Origin: Takakia lepidozioides
Lineage: Eukaryota > Plantae > Bryophyta
Length of the DNA: 64,000 bases
Direction: 5' to 3'
NCBI GenBank assembly: GCA_030704615.1
Contig: CM060732.1
Location: 72,912,001 to 72,976,000, forward strand
A model generated the notes under the pieces. That model was given only the letters and a program-made list of their open reading frames with translations. It was not told the DNA's origin and did not search any database. The position numbers were made by a program, and so were the translations under genes. Below are positions 52,874 to 64,000 of this stretch, in pieces (within the stretch, counting starts at the first letter, position 1; each line of letters begins with the position of its first letter).

Positions 52874-53619
52874 TGTCCCCAGCAACTAGTGGCACCTCCG
52901 TGTTAACACTCAACCGGTCATGAACATGTCCCTAACCCCCTCTCCACAAGGTAACCGGGTAGAGAACCTGTCACGGCTTATGGTTTGGAATACTAAGTTC
53001 CTAACATAGCCTACACCTGTACCTGCATCCACCGCAAGCACTCCTATGGTTGGCTGGTCATCACCTCCAACCTCACCACAGGAGAAACAATGATGGTCTG
53101 GCTGGTCATCACCCCAGCCTCACCATCGACAGCATGCTCTGGGACTGGCCGGTGATCAAATCCGGACCAATCACCGATAAAAACAAGCGCCCACACAAAA
53201 CTAGCATGGCGCACAGTCAAGCATGCAGGTATGGAGGGGATCCACACACAAGAAATTAGAACGACAACTCCTCCACACCAAAAACAACTCCACGGTGTTG
53301 CTCCTGCAAGGATACCCCAGCCCAAACCCGGACTGACTCTTGCCGCCACCTACGGAAAGGTCTTGGCCTAATGAGAGGGTGGAAACTACGAGGAAGAGAA
53401 GCTAAAGCAATGCCTAACCCCAGCATGCCCTCATCCCAACACTCTTCCTCTCCTCTCTTCCCTCACTTGCATGACCATGGGAATATCATGAAGATACTCC
53501 TCAAACCGCCCTCCACGAGCTTCAAAATTCGGCCTTCAAGACCACATGTCAGTCCTTAGGCAGTCCACCAGTGCCTCCACGAGTCAGCACAGGTCAACAC
53601 GGGCCACCACAGACCAGCA

Positions 53620-54160
53620 TAGGCCCACACAGCTCACTGGTCACAGCCGTCACAGCCCTACACAGGTCACAAGGTCACAGCCCCCACGGCCACAGGTCAC
53701 AGCCTGTCATAGCCCATCACAACCCCAAAGGCCACAGGCACAGTCTGTCACAGCCCTACAAAGGTCACAGGGTCACAGCCCCAAAGGCCACAGCCTGTCA
53801 CAGCCCCTCACAGCCCATAGGCCATAGGGCACAACCTGTCACAGCCCGCCACAGCCCCACATGCCACATGGCATAGCCTGTCACAGCCCTACATAGGTCA
53901 TAGGGGTCACAGCCCCAAAGCCACAGCCCCTCACAGCTCGCCACAGCCCGTCACAGCCCCACAGGCCACAGGGCACAGCCTGTCACAGCCCTCATAGCCC
54001 GTCACAGCCCCACAGGCCACAGGCCACAGCCTGTCACAACCCCTCACAGCCCGTCACAGCCCCACAGGCCACTGGACACAGTCTGTCACAGCCCCTCACA
54101 GCCCCACAGGCCACAGGGCACAGCCTGTCACAGCCCCCCACAGCCCCACAGGCCACTCAT
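53620..54160. repeat. CACAGCC-based minisatellite in the element 2 leader
   Basis: Dozens of GTCACAGCC / CCACAGG variants. Confidence 0.9.
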
Positions 54161-55687
54161 GACAGTTTAGCCATTTCTCCAAGGGGTTTAGCCACGCTAA
54201 GCTAGGGTTTGTGTCTCTTGGACTCTAGGCTTTTTTGCACCGAGCTATGGCGGCTGTGAAGAAATCAGCAAGGTATTCTTGTTCTTTCGGCTCCCACACA
54301 CCACCAATAGTAGCCCTAAGCCATGAGGAAGATGGTTGCCACAAACCAAGCCTTCTTTCTCACTTAGACTCCCCAAACACGCCACTAAACTCAATGGCAA
54401 ACAACCAAGCCTTGCTGGTTTCCAGCCCTTGTGAGCACTCATTCAAGCGTTTCCCTTGGCCATAGCATCTGTCTTAGAGCCTATTCCAGCCCCCTACACC
54501 TGCCACTTCAAGAGCCATGCTCTATCTAGGCTTGAGGTTGAAACCCCAACTCAGAACACGCTCTACAAGTGTCGGACTGTCACATAAGAGCAGATCAGCC
54601 CCTTACCTTCTCTTCTAGTTCTCTAAAGCTTGAAAAAACAAAGCCCAATGGACTGAAGGCATGCTCCACACATGCCCCACTCTCACCACCAGAGAATCAG
54701 CCCCTTTGCTTTCTTTCTTGCACAAACCAACCTGAAAATACACCCTTCAGCGGGCTGGAAGCATGCTCCACATATGCCCTACAGGGAAACCAGCCCCTTC
54801 ATTCCTTTCTTGCACTCCCAAACCTGAAAGTACAAGCCTTCAACAGGATGAAAGCATGCTCCACACATGCATTGCTCTCACATAAGGGAAGTCAGCCCTT
54901 CCCTCTTCCTTGCTTGCCCTCCAAGCTTGAAGATGGAAGCTTCAATGAGCTGAATACATGATCCACACATGCAACCTCTTCACACAAGAGGTATCAGCCC
55001 CCTATCTTGGCTCCTTAGCTCCTTGATGTTCTCTAAGACAAGACTAAGCACTCCACAGCCCTTGCCAAGCTCCTGAAACCCTAAGGCTTACATTTCCAGC
55101 CACAAAACACTCCTCTTGTGGTGCAAGAGCTCTTCTTCCAAGCTCTGAAACCCTAGGTGCAGATTCCATAGCCTTGCCGCACCTCTTAGCTCATGTTCCA
55201 GCCCTGCTCTTGCCATGATAAGAGCCATCTCAATGCTGAAGCTCGAGATTGAAACCCAATCTCAACATACTCCACAAAGTGCACTAATTTGCCCCAAGCC
55301 AAATCAGCCCTTTCGCTTGGTCTTGCAATCCTTCACACAATGAAAGCTCACATTCCCAAGTCCAATTCTCAGCTTTGCCACCAAAGCCACTATAATCTGC
55401 TCTTGACTGGTCCTCTTCCCAATCGTGCTTGCTCATGCATGTACACAATTTGAAACCATCAAGGTGCTCTGGAATTACCTGCAGCATGGTGCTTTCATCT
55501 CTGAAGCTGAAGATCGAATGCCAAGGTCTACCACCTCGTAACCCACATCGCCTCCGCTTCTAACAACCAAGAGCTCAACGGTGCTCCTTGCATAACAACC
55601 TGGTTTCTCTCATTCTCAAGCAAAAACCACAAGTGCTACAACTAACTCATATCTGGCACTCACAGATACGAGCTCATCTTTATCGAG

Positions 55688-55961
55688 TGATAAAGAAGAA
55701 AAATACAAGCACAAGCTTATGCGAGCTCACAAAGCTGAAGCATAAACTCATGCATATATAACCTCATCACTCAAATACAAGTCAAGCCAAATGCACCCCA
55801 CGCCATGAGGAATCCACACTACGGCGCTATAGCTAGGCGCGGTGAGGCTCAACTCGAGAAAGATGACCCCTGGATTGACACTTGGGCCAATCCCAAATGT
55901 CAATATGTAAAAGCTAGCTATTTCCTAGCTAGTTTCACACTAGTGGTAAAATAACTTGACA
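55688..55961 (-). repeat. Terminal repeat A1 (5' end of element 2)
   Basis: Begins TGTCAAG and ends TTTATCA on the minus strand; copy of A2. Confidence 0.9.
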
Positions 55962-55965
55962 GGGC

Positions 55966-57044
55966 GATTGTGGCATAACTTTCTAGGATTGTGTGCTTAG
56001 AATGTATGGTGGACAACGATGTATGTTGTGGCACGATGCTTAGGTGCACGACAGCTGTCATGGTTTTAGTCATGGTTAATTAGAATTATCCACTTCTAGT
56101 TAATTATAACATTTTGGATATTTATATTTGTATTTTGTGTGTTGGGACTTCATTTGGTCTCATATGCCAAGTGAGGTGTCAAGCCGCACTTGGGACATGG
56201 GGATGGATTTTCCCTTTGTGAGGGTTGAGGAGGGCTCATCTTCTTGTAGTTGAACCTGTATGAGCCTCTTTCACCTCCATAGCTCCAGGTATTGAGAGGG
56301 AGTGTGTTGAGGGCTTTGTAGGGTGGATTTCCTTAGCAAGGGTGCTCTTGGCTTGACTTAGTTTATGTGATTGAGTGGATTCATGAATGGAGTGTTTCCA
56401 TTATGTTCACTTCCATTATCAAATAATGATATATGTGCATGGCTGAGCAACGGAGATTGCAAACATTGGTGGCTACTTCTGCACTTCCATTGGATATTGC
56501 ACCATCTCTGCCAACCGGGACGATGGAGGTAGTGAGTGGGGGCGAGCACATGATCATGGGGTGCAAAGAGAGAATCATTGGCACCCATGGCAGATGTGGG
56601 ATGAGATGCGCAAAGAGAGAGTCATTGGATCTCTCAAGCAGCAGTATGAGGAGTGGGGAGAGCCATACACTGAGGATCAATGGCAAAGAAATAGCTTGCA
56701 CCTGCGGGGTGGATTTCTCAGAGTCTGAATCAGAACCCTCCTCAGAAGACACAGAAGGTGAAGGTGGCCTAAACCGCACACCTCGTCTCGTGTACCCACT
56801 AGTATCGCTAGTGCTCGTACCGGCATTTCCCTCAGCAACTAGTGGCACCTCCGTGATGAAAACTCACAACCACACCTGTTATAAACCTGTCTGTAATCCC
56901 CCTTTCCACAAGGCAACCGGGTAGAGAACGTGTTGCAGCTTACGGTTTCTATCCACTTTCATTGCTAGTTCGATTGTGGCATAGCTTTCTTTGTGTGCTT
57001 GGTGGACAGCAATGTATGTTGTGGCACGATGCTTAGGTGCGACA
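55966..57044 (+). mobile_element. 3' end of element 1: B1' (55969-56053), GC, A' (from 56056), scrambled internal pieces, B2' (56975-57044)
   Basis: B' copies near-identical; junction CGACAGCTGTCA; A' shares blocks with A (GGCTCATCTT, CTTGGCTTGACTT). Confidence 0.8.
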
Positions 57045-59328
57045 CACTCAATCCTGATCCCTCCTATTGAATGGGACCATTTCTTGTCCCACTTAGCAGT
57101 GAAGTTGGAGGATCTAGAGACGATATCCTATCTTTGCAATGTATGCAAAGAAGGGGAAGGAAAGCACAGTGTGTGTCATGGAAACACTCTTCCAAGATCA
57201 TTACATTGAAATCCCCATTAATTCAAAACCTTTCAGGAAGCTTGGAGTTATTGAATGGGTTCAAAAACCTTCCAAGACATTTTTATTCTTAAGGTTTGAA
57301 CCAATCACCAGAACAACACATAGGAGGTTGGATACTCAGCACATGAAGAATGTGCGTTTGTTTCCAAAGTAAACTCGTGGTTTCCATTCCTGGTCAAAAT
57401 GTGGAAGTTGGATAAGGAGTATTGTTGCTTAGTCAGGGCTTTAGTGACTACCCCCTTGTAAAAGTTTTCAATTATCAATTGTATGCTGGAAGTTCGCAAG
57501 GTCACTGTGGAGTTGACAAACTTGGATCCTCATTGAATGGAAAACACCTCTGACCAAACCATCGTGCCTTTGCCACGATGTCTCCAATCTGCTTCCTATT
57601 TGGCTATCTGCTTGTACCACGCTAGCACTATGCAACTTCCTGCCAAGGGTGGGGCCAGTTTCAAAGACTACAGAGAAAAGGGATGAGGAGGCATAATATA
57701 GTGGCCAGGGCTGGTGTGGTCTTGTAGGGTCGGTGAAACATTGCCTTGCCATGTGGTCCTGTGGAGAGATAGGCCCTGGTAGCTGCAATCTGGTAGCTGC
57801 AATACAATCCACAAACATATTTCATAAGTCTCACTCATTTCTGAAGATGCACTTTCGAGCAGCATTCCTCCATGGCCTTCCTAATCTTTGCCTAAATCTC
57901 CTCCGCTGACTCTCTTGAGAAATTCAAGGACAATCTTTTTCTGATCCAGTACAGTGGTACTCTCTTCAAAAATTGAAAAGACTTCCGTGCGTCTCTAGTT
58001 TTCCATTTCCGGGACCCAGACAATGCTAAAACCTGTTCCTTGGGATTGGATTTTGCACATCATATTAAAAGTTACAGTCAAGATCTTGGTTGAGATCATC
58101 TGGGGCGCGAGAGTGAACTTTGTTTTTCAAGGCCATTCCAGTGGATCCTCTTCTGCTCTTCTGCTATCGCTTGCCTGGGGCTATTATACCATGAAACTGG
58201 CGAGAATTTCGAGTAAATGGTAGAGACCATGAAGGACACTGCAAACTTACAAAGATACAAAGGATTACCTGACCATGATGCAGCTGATGATGGAAACCTA
58301 CAAGATCAGTCTGAAAGTGAGGGGGCGGCTGTTGCTGATGACCCTGGAATTCCTGCATGATCAGACAAAGACAGTGGATGAGATTCCTTGCATATTTGAA
58401 ATCACAGACTTGTAAAGCTTTCAGACTCTTACATGACAGTGGATGGAATTCAGTGGTATTTTTTAGTTTAGAGACTGGCAAACCTTTCAGTCTCTTGAAG
58501 GGAACATAGCCACAAACGTAGACAAGGTAAACATGGTCGCTATCACTTGGCTAGCCAAGTGATCACTTTGACCTCAACACTTCAACTGTCTTTTCCACAA
58601 CAGCTTCTATGGAATACCTGAGCATTTACTGACTGAATCAAACAATACCACAACATTTCAAAGATGGTGTCCATGGGATGAAAGTGCACTTGCTATAGCC
58701 CAGAAACGCCACCAATAAGAAATTGCTTGAATGTATCCTTACCAGGAATGCTACTGTAGCTCACCTTTGTAATAACCGGCCTTAGTTGTATAATAGAACA
58801 GATACTAATCCGTCTCACCTCAAGTTCCTTCATAGCATCAGCTGCTGCTCTCCGTCTTACTTCCAGTTCCATTGTGCAGTTGCCCATCTGTTCCTCCAAC
58901 AGAGCCTAGCGAGCACAACCGCCAATCAAGGCTATCTTCCTTCCACAGGCAGCATAATAGAGAATACCACAACAGTTTCATCGTAGGAAGCTTTTAATAC
59001 TCCAGGAAGCGCAAGTACCAGTTGCCAGCAGGTCAAACCAGCATAGTGGGCTGGGACCTTTTACCCTACCTACAGTTCTGAGGTTTGGAAATCACAAATG
59101 ACAATGTCACCCACTAATCTTGGGCATACAACCACCCAAATGCATCAGTTTTTGCTCGCTGTGTTTGCTGCAATCCTATAGGGTAATGGGGTTTAGTGAA
59201 TATCATACCACTCAGCCAGCAATTCTCAGATGTGCTGACAAAATGCACAAAAACATGCACTCGCTGCAAGGCCCTTTGACACTGCACCAAGGTATCCCTG
59301 GAAAGTTACATTGTACACCCTAGATAAT

Positions 59329-62300
59329 TTACTCAAGCGTGAAGTACCAAGGTGGACATACCTTCTCATGCCTCATGTGTCTGTTCTCGTCCTCCAATCT
59401 CTCAAACTCCTCTCTAGATACACCATTTATTTGAGTAAGACTTTGCTGTTGGTTAACTCTTCGTTGCTCCGATAAGAGGTAACGCAATTCCCCAAGACAC
59501 CTAAGAGCGTTCTCTTTATCGGCAACAGCACATGCCAGTTTTCTGTCACCCTTAATCTGTTTTTCCTCCAAAATGGCAGCCTGCTCCTCAAGGTGATCTG
59601 AGATCATGTGTGCCTGCCCAATTCTCCCTGTCAGGGCCTCCTTCTCTTTCTCCAACAAAGAAAGAGCCACACGAAGATTGTCACGCTCTTGCGTAAGAGA
59701 TGCATTCTCAGCCACCTTCTCCTTCCTAATCAGAGCCAGCTCATTCTTTAATACAGATAGCTCCACTTTCAAAGCATCCTCAAGTCTCTGTGTCGAGGCA
59801 TCCTTCTCCCTCTCCCTTGAAGAAACTGTTGCATGCAGGCTCTCAAGCTCATGCATAAGTGATTCCTTCGCCAACATCATGTTATCCCTCTCTTTGGCTG
59901 TAATGGCCAGTTGCTCATTCAACAACTGCACTCTTGGGACAAGCTCATCAAGCTTCTGTTTGAGAGACATTTCAGAAGTGGCCATCGTCTCCTTCTCCAC
60001 TCTCACCACAGACAACTCATTCTTTATGGAGCAAAGCTGCACTTCCAGATCCTCCTCGGTTTTCTTTGTCAAGGCAGCCTTCTCCCTCTCCAGCGCAGAA
60101 AATGTTGCACGAAGATGGACAAGGTCTTGCATGAGAGATTCATTCCCTAGCACCATCTGCTCTCTCTCTTTGTTTGCATTGGCTAGCTGTTCCTTCAGCA
60201 AATGCACTGTTGCGACCAGCTCCTCAAGCTTACTTCTGAGAGTCACTTCAGAACTAGCAATCCCCTCCTGCTCCTGTCTTGCCTTTCTCAACTCATTCTT
60301 CAATGAAGAAATCTCCACATTGAGATCGTCCTCAATTCTCTTTGCCAAGGCATCCCTCTCTTTCTCTAACAAAGATATTGATGTATGAAGGTTGTCACGC
60401 TCTTGTATAATGTCATGAAGCTTCTGTTTTAAAGATACCTCAGAAGTAGTCAACCTCTCCTTATCCCTCACTGCTGAGCCCAACTCATCCTTTACTGAAG
60501 AAAGCTCCACACTAAGGGTCTTGGCCTTCTCAGCCAAGGCAACCCTCTCCCGCTCCGACAAAGAAAATGCAAACTGTAGATCATCAAGCTTTTGAACAAG
60601 TGCCTCTCCCTCCAGACTCTTTCTGTCGGCAGTGGCTACTTGTTGCTTCAGCGAATCCACTGTTGTGAGTTGCTCCTCAAGCTTACAACTATCAGACACT
60701 TCAGAAGCAGCCAGCCTCCCCTTCTCCTCCCTTGCCATAGCCAACCTACTCACAGATGAAACCTCCACATTGAGATCACCATATACTCTCTTTATCAACT
60801 CATCCTTCTCTTTCTCTAACACAGAAATTGACACATGAAGGTTTTTGCACTCTTGCATAAGCCCATCAAGCCTCTGTTTTAGAGACACCTCAGAAGTAGC
60901 TAACAGCTTCTTATCCTCCACTACCAAATCTAACTCCTCCTTTACTGAACAAATCTCCACATTAAGGTTCTTGGCCTCATCAGTCAAGGCAGCCTTCTCC
61001 CTTGTAACCAAAGCAAGTGCTGTGTGAAGATCATTGAACTCTTTCAGAACAAGTGCTTCTTTTTCCAGACTCGTTTTCTCTGCAGTAGCTAATTGTTCCT
61101 TCAGTGAATGAACTGTTTTGACAAGCTCTTCATGTTTACACTGGAGAGAGGCTTCAGAAGCAGCCATCTTCTCCTGCTCCTTCCTTGCCGTAGCCAACTC
61201 ATTCCTCAACGAAGCAACCTCCACATTGAGATCGTCATCAATTCTCTTTGTCAATACATCCTTCTCTTTATCAAACAAAGGTACTGATGCAGAAAGGTTG
61301 TCATGCTCATGCATGAGCACATCAAGCCTCTGTCTTAGAGACCCCTCAGAAGTAGCTAACCTTTCCCGATCCTTCACTGCCAAATCCAACTCCTCCTTTA
61401 CTGAACAAAGCTCCACATTAAGGTTCTTGGCCTTCTCAGTAAATACAACCTTCTCTCTCTCCAAAAAAGAAAATGCCACTTTAAGATCATCAAGTTCTTG
61501 AAAAAGTGATTCCCTCTCCAGTAAAATTTTCTCCCTTCCTTTGGCTCCAGTATCCAAACCTTGTTCATTCAGTGAACCGACTGTTGCCTGAACCTGATTG
61601 AGCTTCTGTGTCACAGGTACTACAGGAGTATTCATCCTTTCTTTCTCTTTGACCACCATGGCTTGCCTATCCTTTTCTGTGGCTGTCACAGACAGCTCTT
61701 TCTTCACTGCGGAACATTCTACTTGTAGTTGATTGAGTTCATGTGTAAGAAACACCTCCCGTGAAGCTAGCCTATTCTTCTCTTTGATTGCTGCAGCCAG
61801 CTGTTCCTCCAGTGAACTGCTAAATGCACGGAGATTAATGAGGTCTTGCACAAAGAGCACCGGGTCATCCTTAGCTAATGTGGCCTCCTGTTTGGCTGCC
61901 CTGGCTAGCTCATGTCGCAAACACTCAATGTGTGCGCTGAGATGAAGGTTTTCAATTTCCATAGAGCATAATTTCTTATGCGCACTATCCCTCTCTTTCA
62001 CCAACACTGATTTTTCTGCCACAAGTAACTCCTGTTGTGCACTATCCCTCTCTTTCACCAACACTGCATTTTCTGCCAGAAGTACCTCGTACTCCCCTTG
62101 CAGTTTTGCAAATTTTACTTCCAGCTTCTTTACTTGGCTATTGGCAACCTCAAGGCCTATTTGCTCTTCCACCCTCTTGGCCATAACCTTGTGTTCCTCT
62201 TGCAGGCTCTTGAACTCTCTCTCTTTTTTCTCCAGTGCTGCCTGACACCAGTCATGCTCCCTCGTCAGGACTGAATTGTCTACCATACTTGACAAGTGAT

Positions 62301-62628
62301 CTCTGCGAAGACTTTCACACTCAGCCTCCAGCTCCTCCACTTTGGACTCAAATGCTTTAAGATCTGCTTCCAGAACCTCCCACTGTTTCTCAAGTGCTAC
62401 CTTGTGACTCTGACGCAGGCTCTCACATTCAGACTCTAGCTTCTCTGCTTTGGTCTTGAACTCACAGACGGATTCCATGAGGGACGCCTTCTCTAAGGCC
62501 AAACTTACTTTACACTTTCGCAGTTTATTTTTCTCCTGGGTAACTCTTTCCGCCTCAGCTTCCCATTTATGTGCACTTTCTTCCACAAGGGTAAGATTTT
62601 CCTTGAGTTTATGGAGCTCTTCCTCCAA
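59329..62628 (-). CDS. Large exon of a long coiled-coil protein with internal repeats; function unknown
   Basis: 1099-aa E/K/L-rich open frame; further probable exons near 57470-58900 and 63500-63900; gene extends beyond the window. Confidence 0.8.
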   Translation of the reverse strand: MEEELHKLKENLTLVEESAHKWEAEAERVTQEKNKLRKCKVSLALEKASLMESVCEFKTKAEKLESECESLRQSHKVALEKQWEVLEADLKAFESKVEELEAECESLRRDHLSSMVDNSVLTREHDWCQAALEKKEREFKSLQEEHKVMAKRVEEQIGLEVANSQVKKLEVKFAKLQGEYEVLLAENAVLVKERDSAQQELLVAEKSVLVKERDSAHKKLCSMEIENLHLSAHIECLRHELARAAKQEATLAKDDPVLFVQDLINLRAFSSSLEEQLAAAIKEKNRLASREVFLTHELNQLQVECSAVKKELSVTATEKDRQAMVVKEKERMNTPVVPVTQKLNQVQATVGSLNEQGLDTGAKGREKILLERESLFQELDDLKVAFSFLEREKVVFTEKAKNLNVELCSVKEELDLAVKDRERLATSEGSLRQRLDVLMHEHDNLSASVPLFDKEKDVLTKRIDDDLNVEVASLRNELATARKEQEKMAASEASLQCKHEELVKTVHSLKEQLATAEKTSLEKEALVLKEFNDLHTALALVTREKAALTDEAKNLNVEICSVKEELDLVVEDKKLLATSEVSLKQRLDGLMQECKNLHVSISVLEKEKDELIKRVYGDLNVEVSSVSRLAMAREEKGRLAASEVSDSCKLEEQLTTVDSLKQQVATADRKSLEGEALVQKLDDLQFAFSLSERERVALAEKAKTLSVELSSVKDELGSAVRDKERLTTSEVSLKQKLHDIIQERDNLHTSISLLEKERDALAKRIEDDLNVEISSLKNELRKARQEQEGIASSEVTLRSKLEELVATVHLLKEQLANANKEREQMVLGNESLMQDLVHLRATFSALEREKAALTKKTEEDLEVQLCSIKNELSVVRVEKETMATSEMSLKQKLDELVPRVQLLNEQLAITAKERDNMMLAKESLMHELESLHATVSSREREKDASTQRLEDALKVELSVLKNELALIRKEKVAENASLTQERDNLRVALSLLEKEKEALTGRIGQAHMISDHLEEQAAILEEKQIKGDRKLACAVADKENALRCLGELRYLLSEQRRVNQQQSLTQINGVSREEFERLEDENRHMRHEKVCPPWYFTLE

Positions 62629-62929
62629 TCGAAAGTTCTCTACCAGTGTCGCCTAGGACAAAGACCAGTATGCTATCAGTTTATACCCATTGTATCTCAA
62701 GAGCTGCAGGGATCACGATGCCCCATGTGTCAGGCATAGTTGCATGCCTTGGGCTTTTTAGAGGAGATAATGACTGAAATAAAGGAGAAGGAGCTCTAGA
62801 AATATTTTAAGATCTGCAGAAACTCTCCACACAAAACTCCTTTTACTTTCTTTCTTCGTCCTCTTCTGCAGGACTGAACAGAAAAGCCAATGCAAATTGT
62901 CAAGTTCTTGAAACCAATGTACGAAGCAA

Positions 62930-64000
62930 GTATTTAGTTGGTGATATTCATAGAAAAGGCCCATACCAACCCGACGAAGGGCTGATTATCCAAACGACCA
63001 GCTATACATTGTTTAAACTAACGCTTGATTGCTAGATTGCTGTTGACCTGATATTTGTTGCGTAATTGCTCACAATCTGATGCCAACTTCTCTATGAGTG
63101 CTCTCTGATTTGCTAGGGCTGCAAGCAACTCTGAAGTGCTGTCCTCTTTATCAGACTCTTCAGTCAGGCGGCACAATTAAGGGCCCTAAAGCAGTGGCTG
63201 ACTGATGACCAACCCTGTACAGATTCAATACTGGTGTTAAGAACAGAACTTGAGATTACAATCTTCTTATAATAAAGGCGTGATCAGGTTCTGCCTGAAC
63301 CAGCCAGATGTCAACCATGCCTGGAATCAGCTTAAAGTTGTTCTATCGGGTACATTTGGAAAAATGTTTTCATCATGCCAGGCCTCCAGTATTTACAGTA
63401 GACTACATGGTTAGACATATATGATCTCTTGTTGCCCCCAGAGACGCAGTACTATAGCATTGTCAATAAAAGGCAAGGTCAATGACGTTAATGCATATCG
63501 AACAACCTGTACCTGCTTTTCCTGGCGCAAACTCTCGCATTTGGACTCCAACTTTTGGGATTTTCTATCCAAATCTTGGGGAGCACCAGATTCTTGTATC
63601 ACTTCCTGGTTTGACTCAAGGTTGCCCTGTTCTTCCTGAAGTCTCCTATTTTCTTTCCTCACCACTGCTAACTCCTCCTCCAACTGCAACTTCTCTCCAA
63701 GGATGACCTGATATTCATTGAAAAGGCCCATATCAACCTGATGAAGGGCTGATTATCCAAATGACCAGCTGTACATTGTTTAACTAACGCTTGATTGCTA
63801 GATTGCTGTTGACATGATATTTGTTTGCGTAATTGCTCACAATCTGATGCCAACTTCTCTATGTTGCTCGTTATAAAGTACCATTTCATTTTCAGTTCTA
63901 TGATTTGCTAGGGTGCAAGCAACTCTGAAGTGCTGTCCTCTTTATCAGACTCTTCAGTCAGGCGGCACAATTTAAGGGCCCTAAAGCAGTGGCTGACTGA
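62930..64000. repeat. Local direct duplication (~62930-63206 vs ~63700-64000)
   Basis: Near-identical blocks (TTGATTGCTAGATTGCTGTTGAC..GGCCCTAAAGCAGTGGCTGACTGA). Confidence 0.85.

Larger units (their letters stand above)
44299..55961 (-). mobile_element. Element 2: complete but decayed Ty3/Gypsy retrotransposon with DNMT and PHD domains and split terminal repeats
   Basis: TG..CA termini; TSD GGGC at 44295-44298 and 55962-55965; domain order gag, protease, MTase, RT, RNase H, integrase, PHD; repeats A1/A2 and B1/B2. Confidence 0.9.

Noticed and set aside
52969-55961. A 3-kb 5' LTR (TGTCA..TGACA) with a PBS at 52955-52968
   Set aside because: Only 55688-55961 is repeated at the other end, and the candidate PBS lacks TGG and matches no tRNA 3' end I recognise.
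44299-55961. DIRS/Ngaro tyrosine-recombinase element
   Set aside because: Despite the split repeats it encodes a protease and a DDE integrase and has a TSD; no recombinase ORF seen.
59606-62656. Plus-strand Ser-rich ORFs
   Set aside because: Antisense shadows of the coiled-coil exon.

Overview
Nuclear DNA from a plant, probably a non-seed land plant (inferred from PLS-DYW PPR genes, Phi-class GSTs and an RNF32-like gene). Host genes: tRNA-Arg(ACG), an RNF32-like RING/IQ gene, two tandem Phi GSTs, a ycf45-like AAA ATPase, three decayed PLS-class PPR(-DYW) copies and a giant repetitive coiled-coil gene. Small mobile elements: hAT-like and piggyBac-like MITEs, a foldback dimer, SINE-like elements and RTEX-like LINE tails. 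The highlight is an 11.7 kb Ty3/Gypsy-type retrotransposon (44299-55961, minus strand, TG..CA ends, 4-bp TSD GGGC). Its Pol carries a DNMT3-like cytosine methyltransferase in frame between protease and RT, and a PHD finger after integrase. Its ends are circularly permuted split repeats (A1-ORFs-B1-A2-B2) opened at an internal palindrome GACAGCTGTC. It has a self-complementary segment instead of a tRNA PBS and a captured antisense peroxiredoxin fragment. It is inserted into the PPT of a related, 5'-truncated element that has the same B-GC-A-B end. Both copies are now disabled by stop codons. All calls were made by eye; no searches were run.
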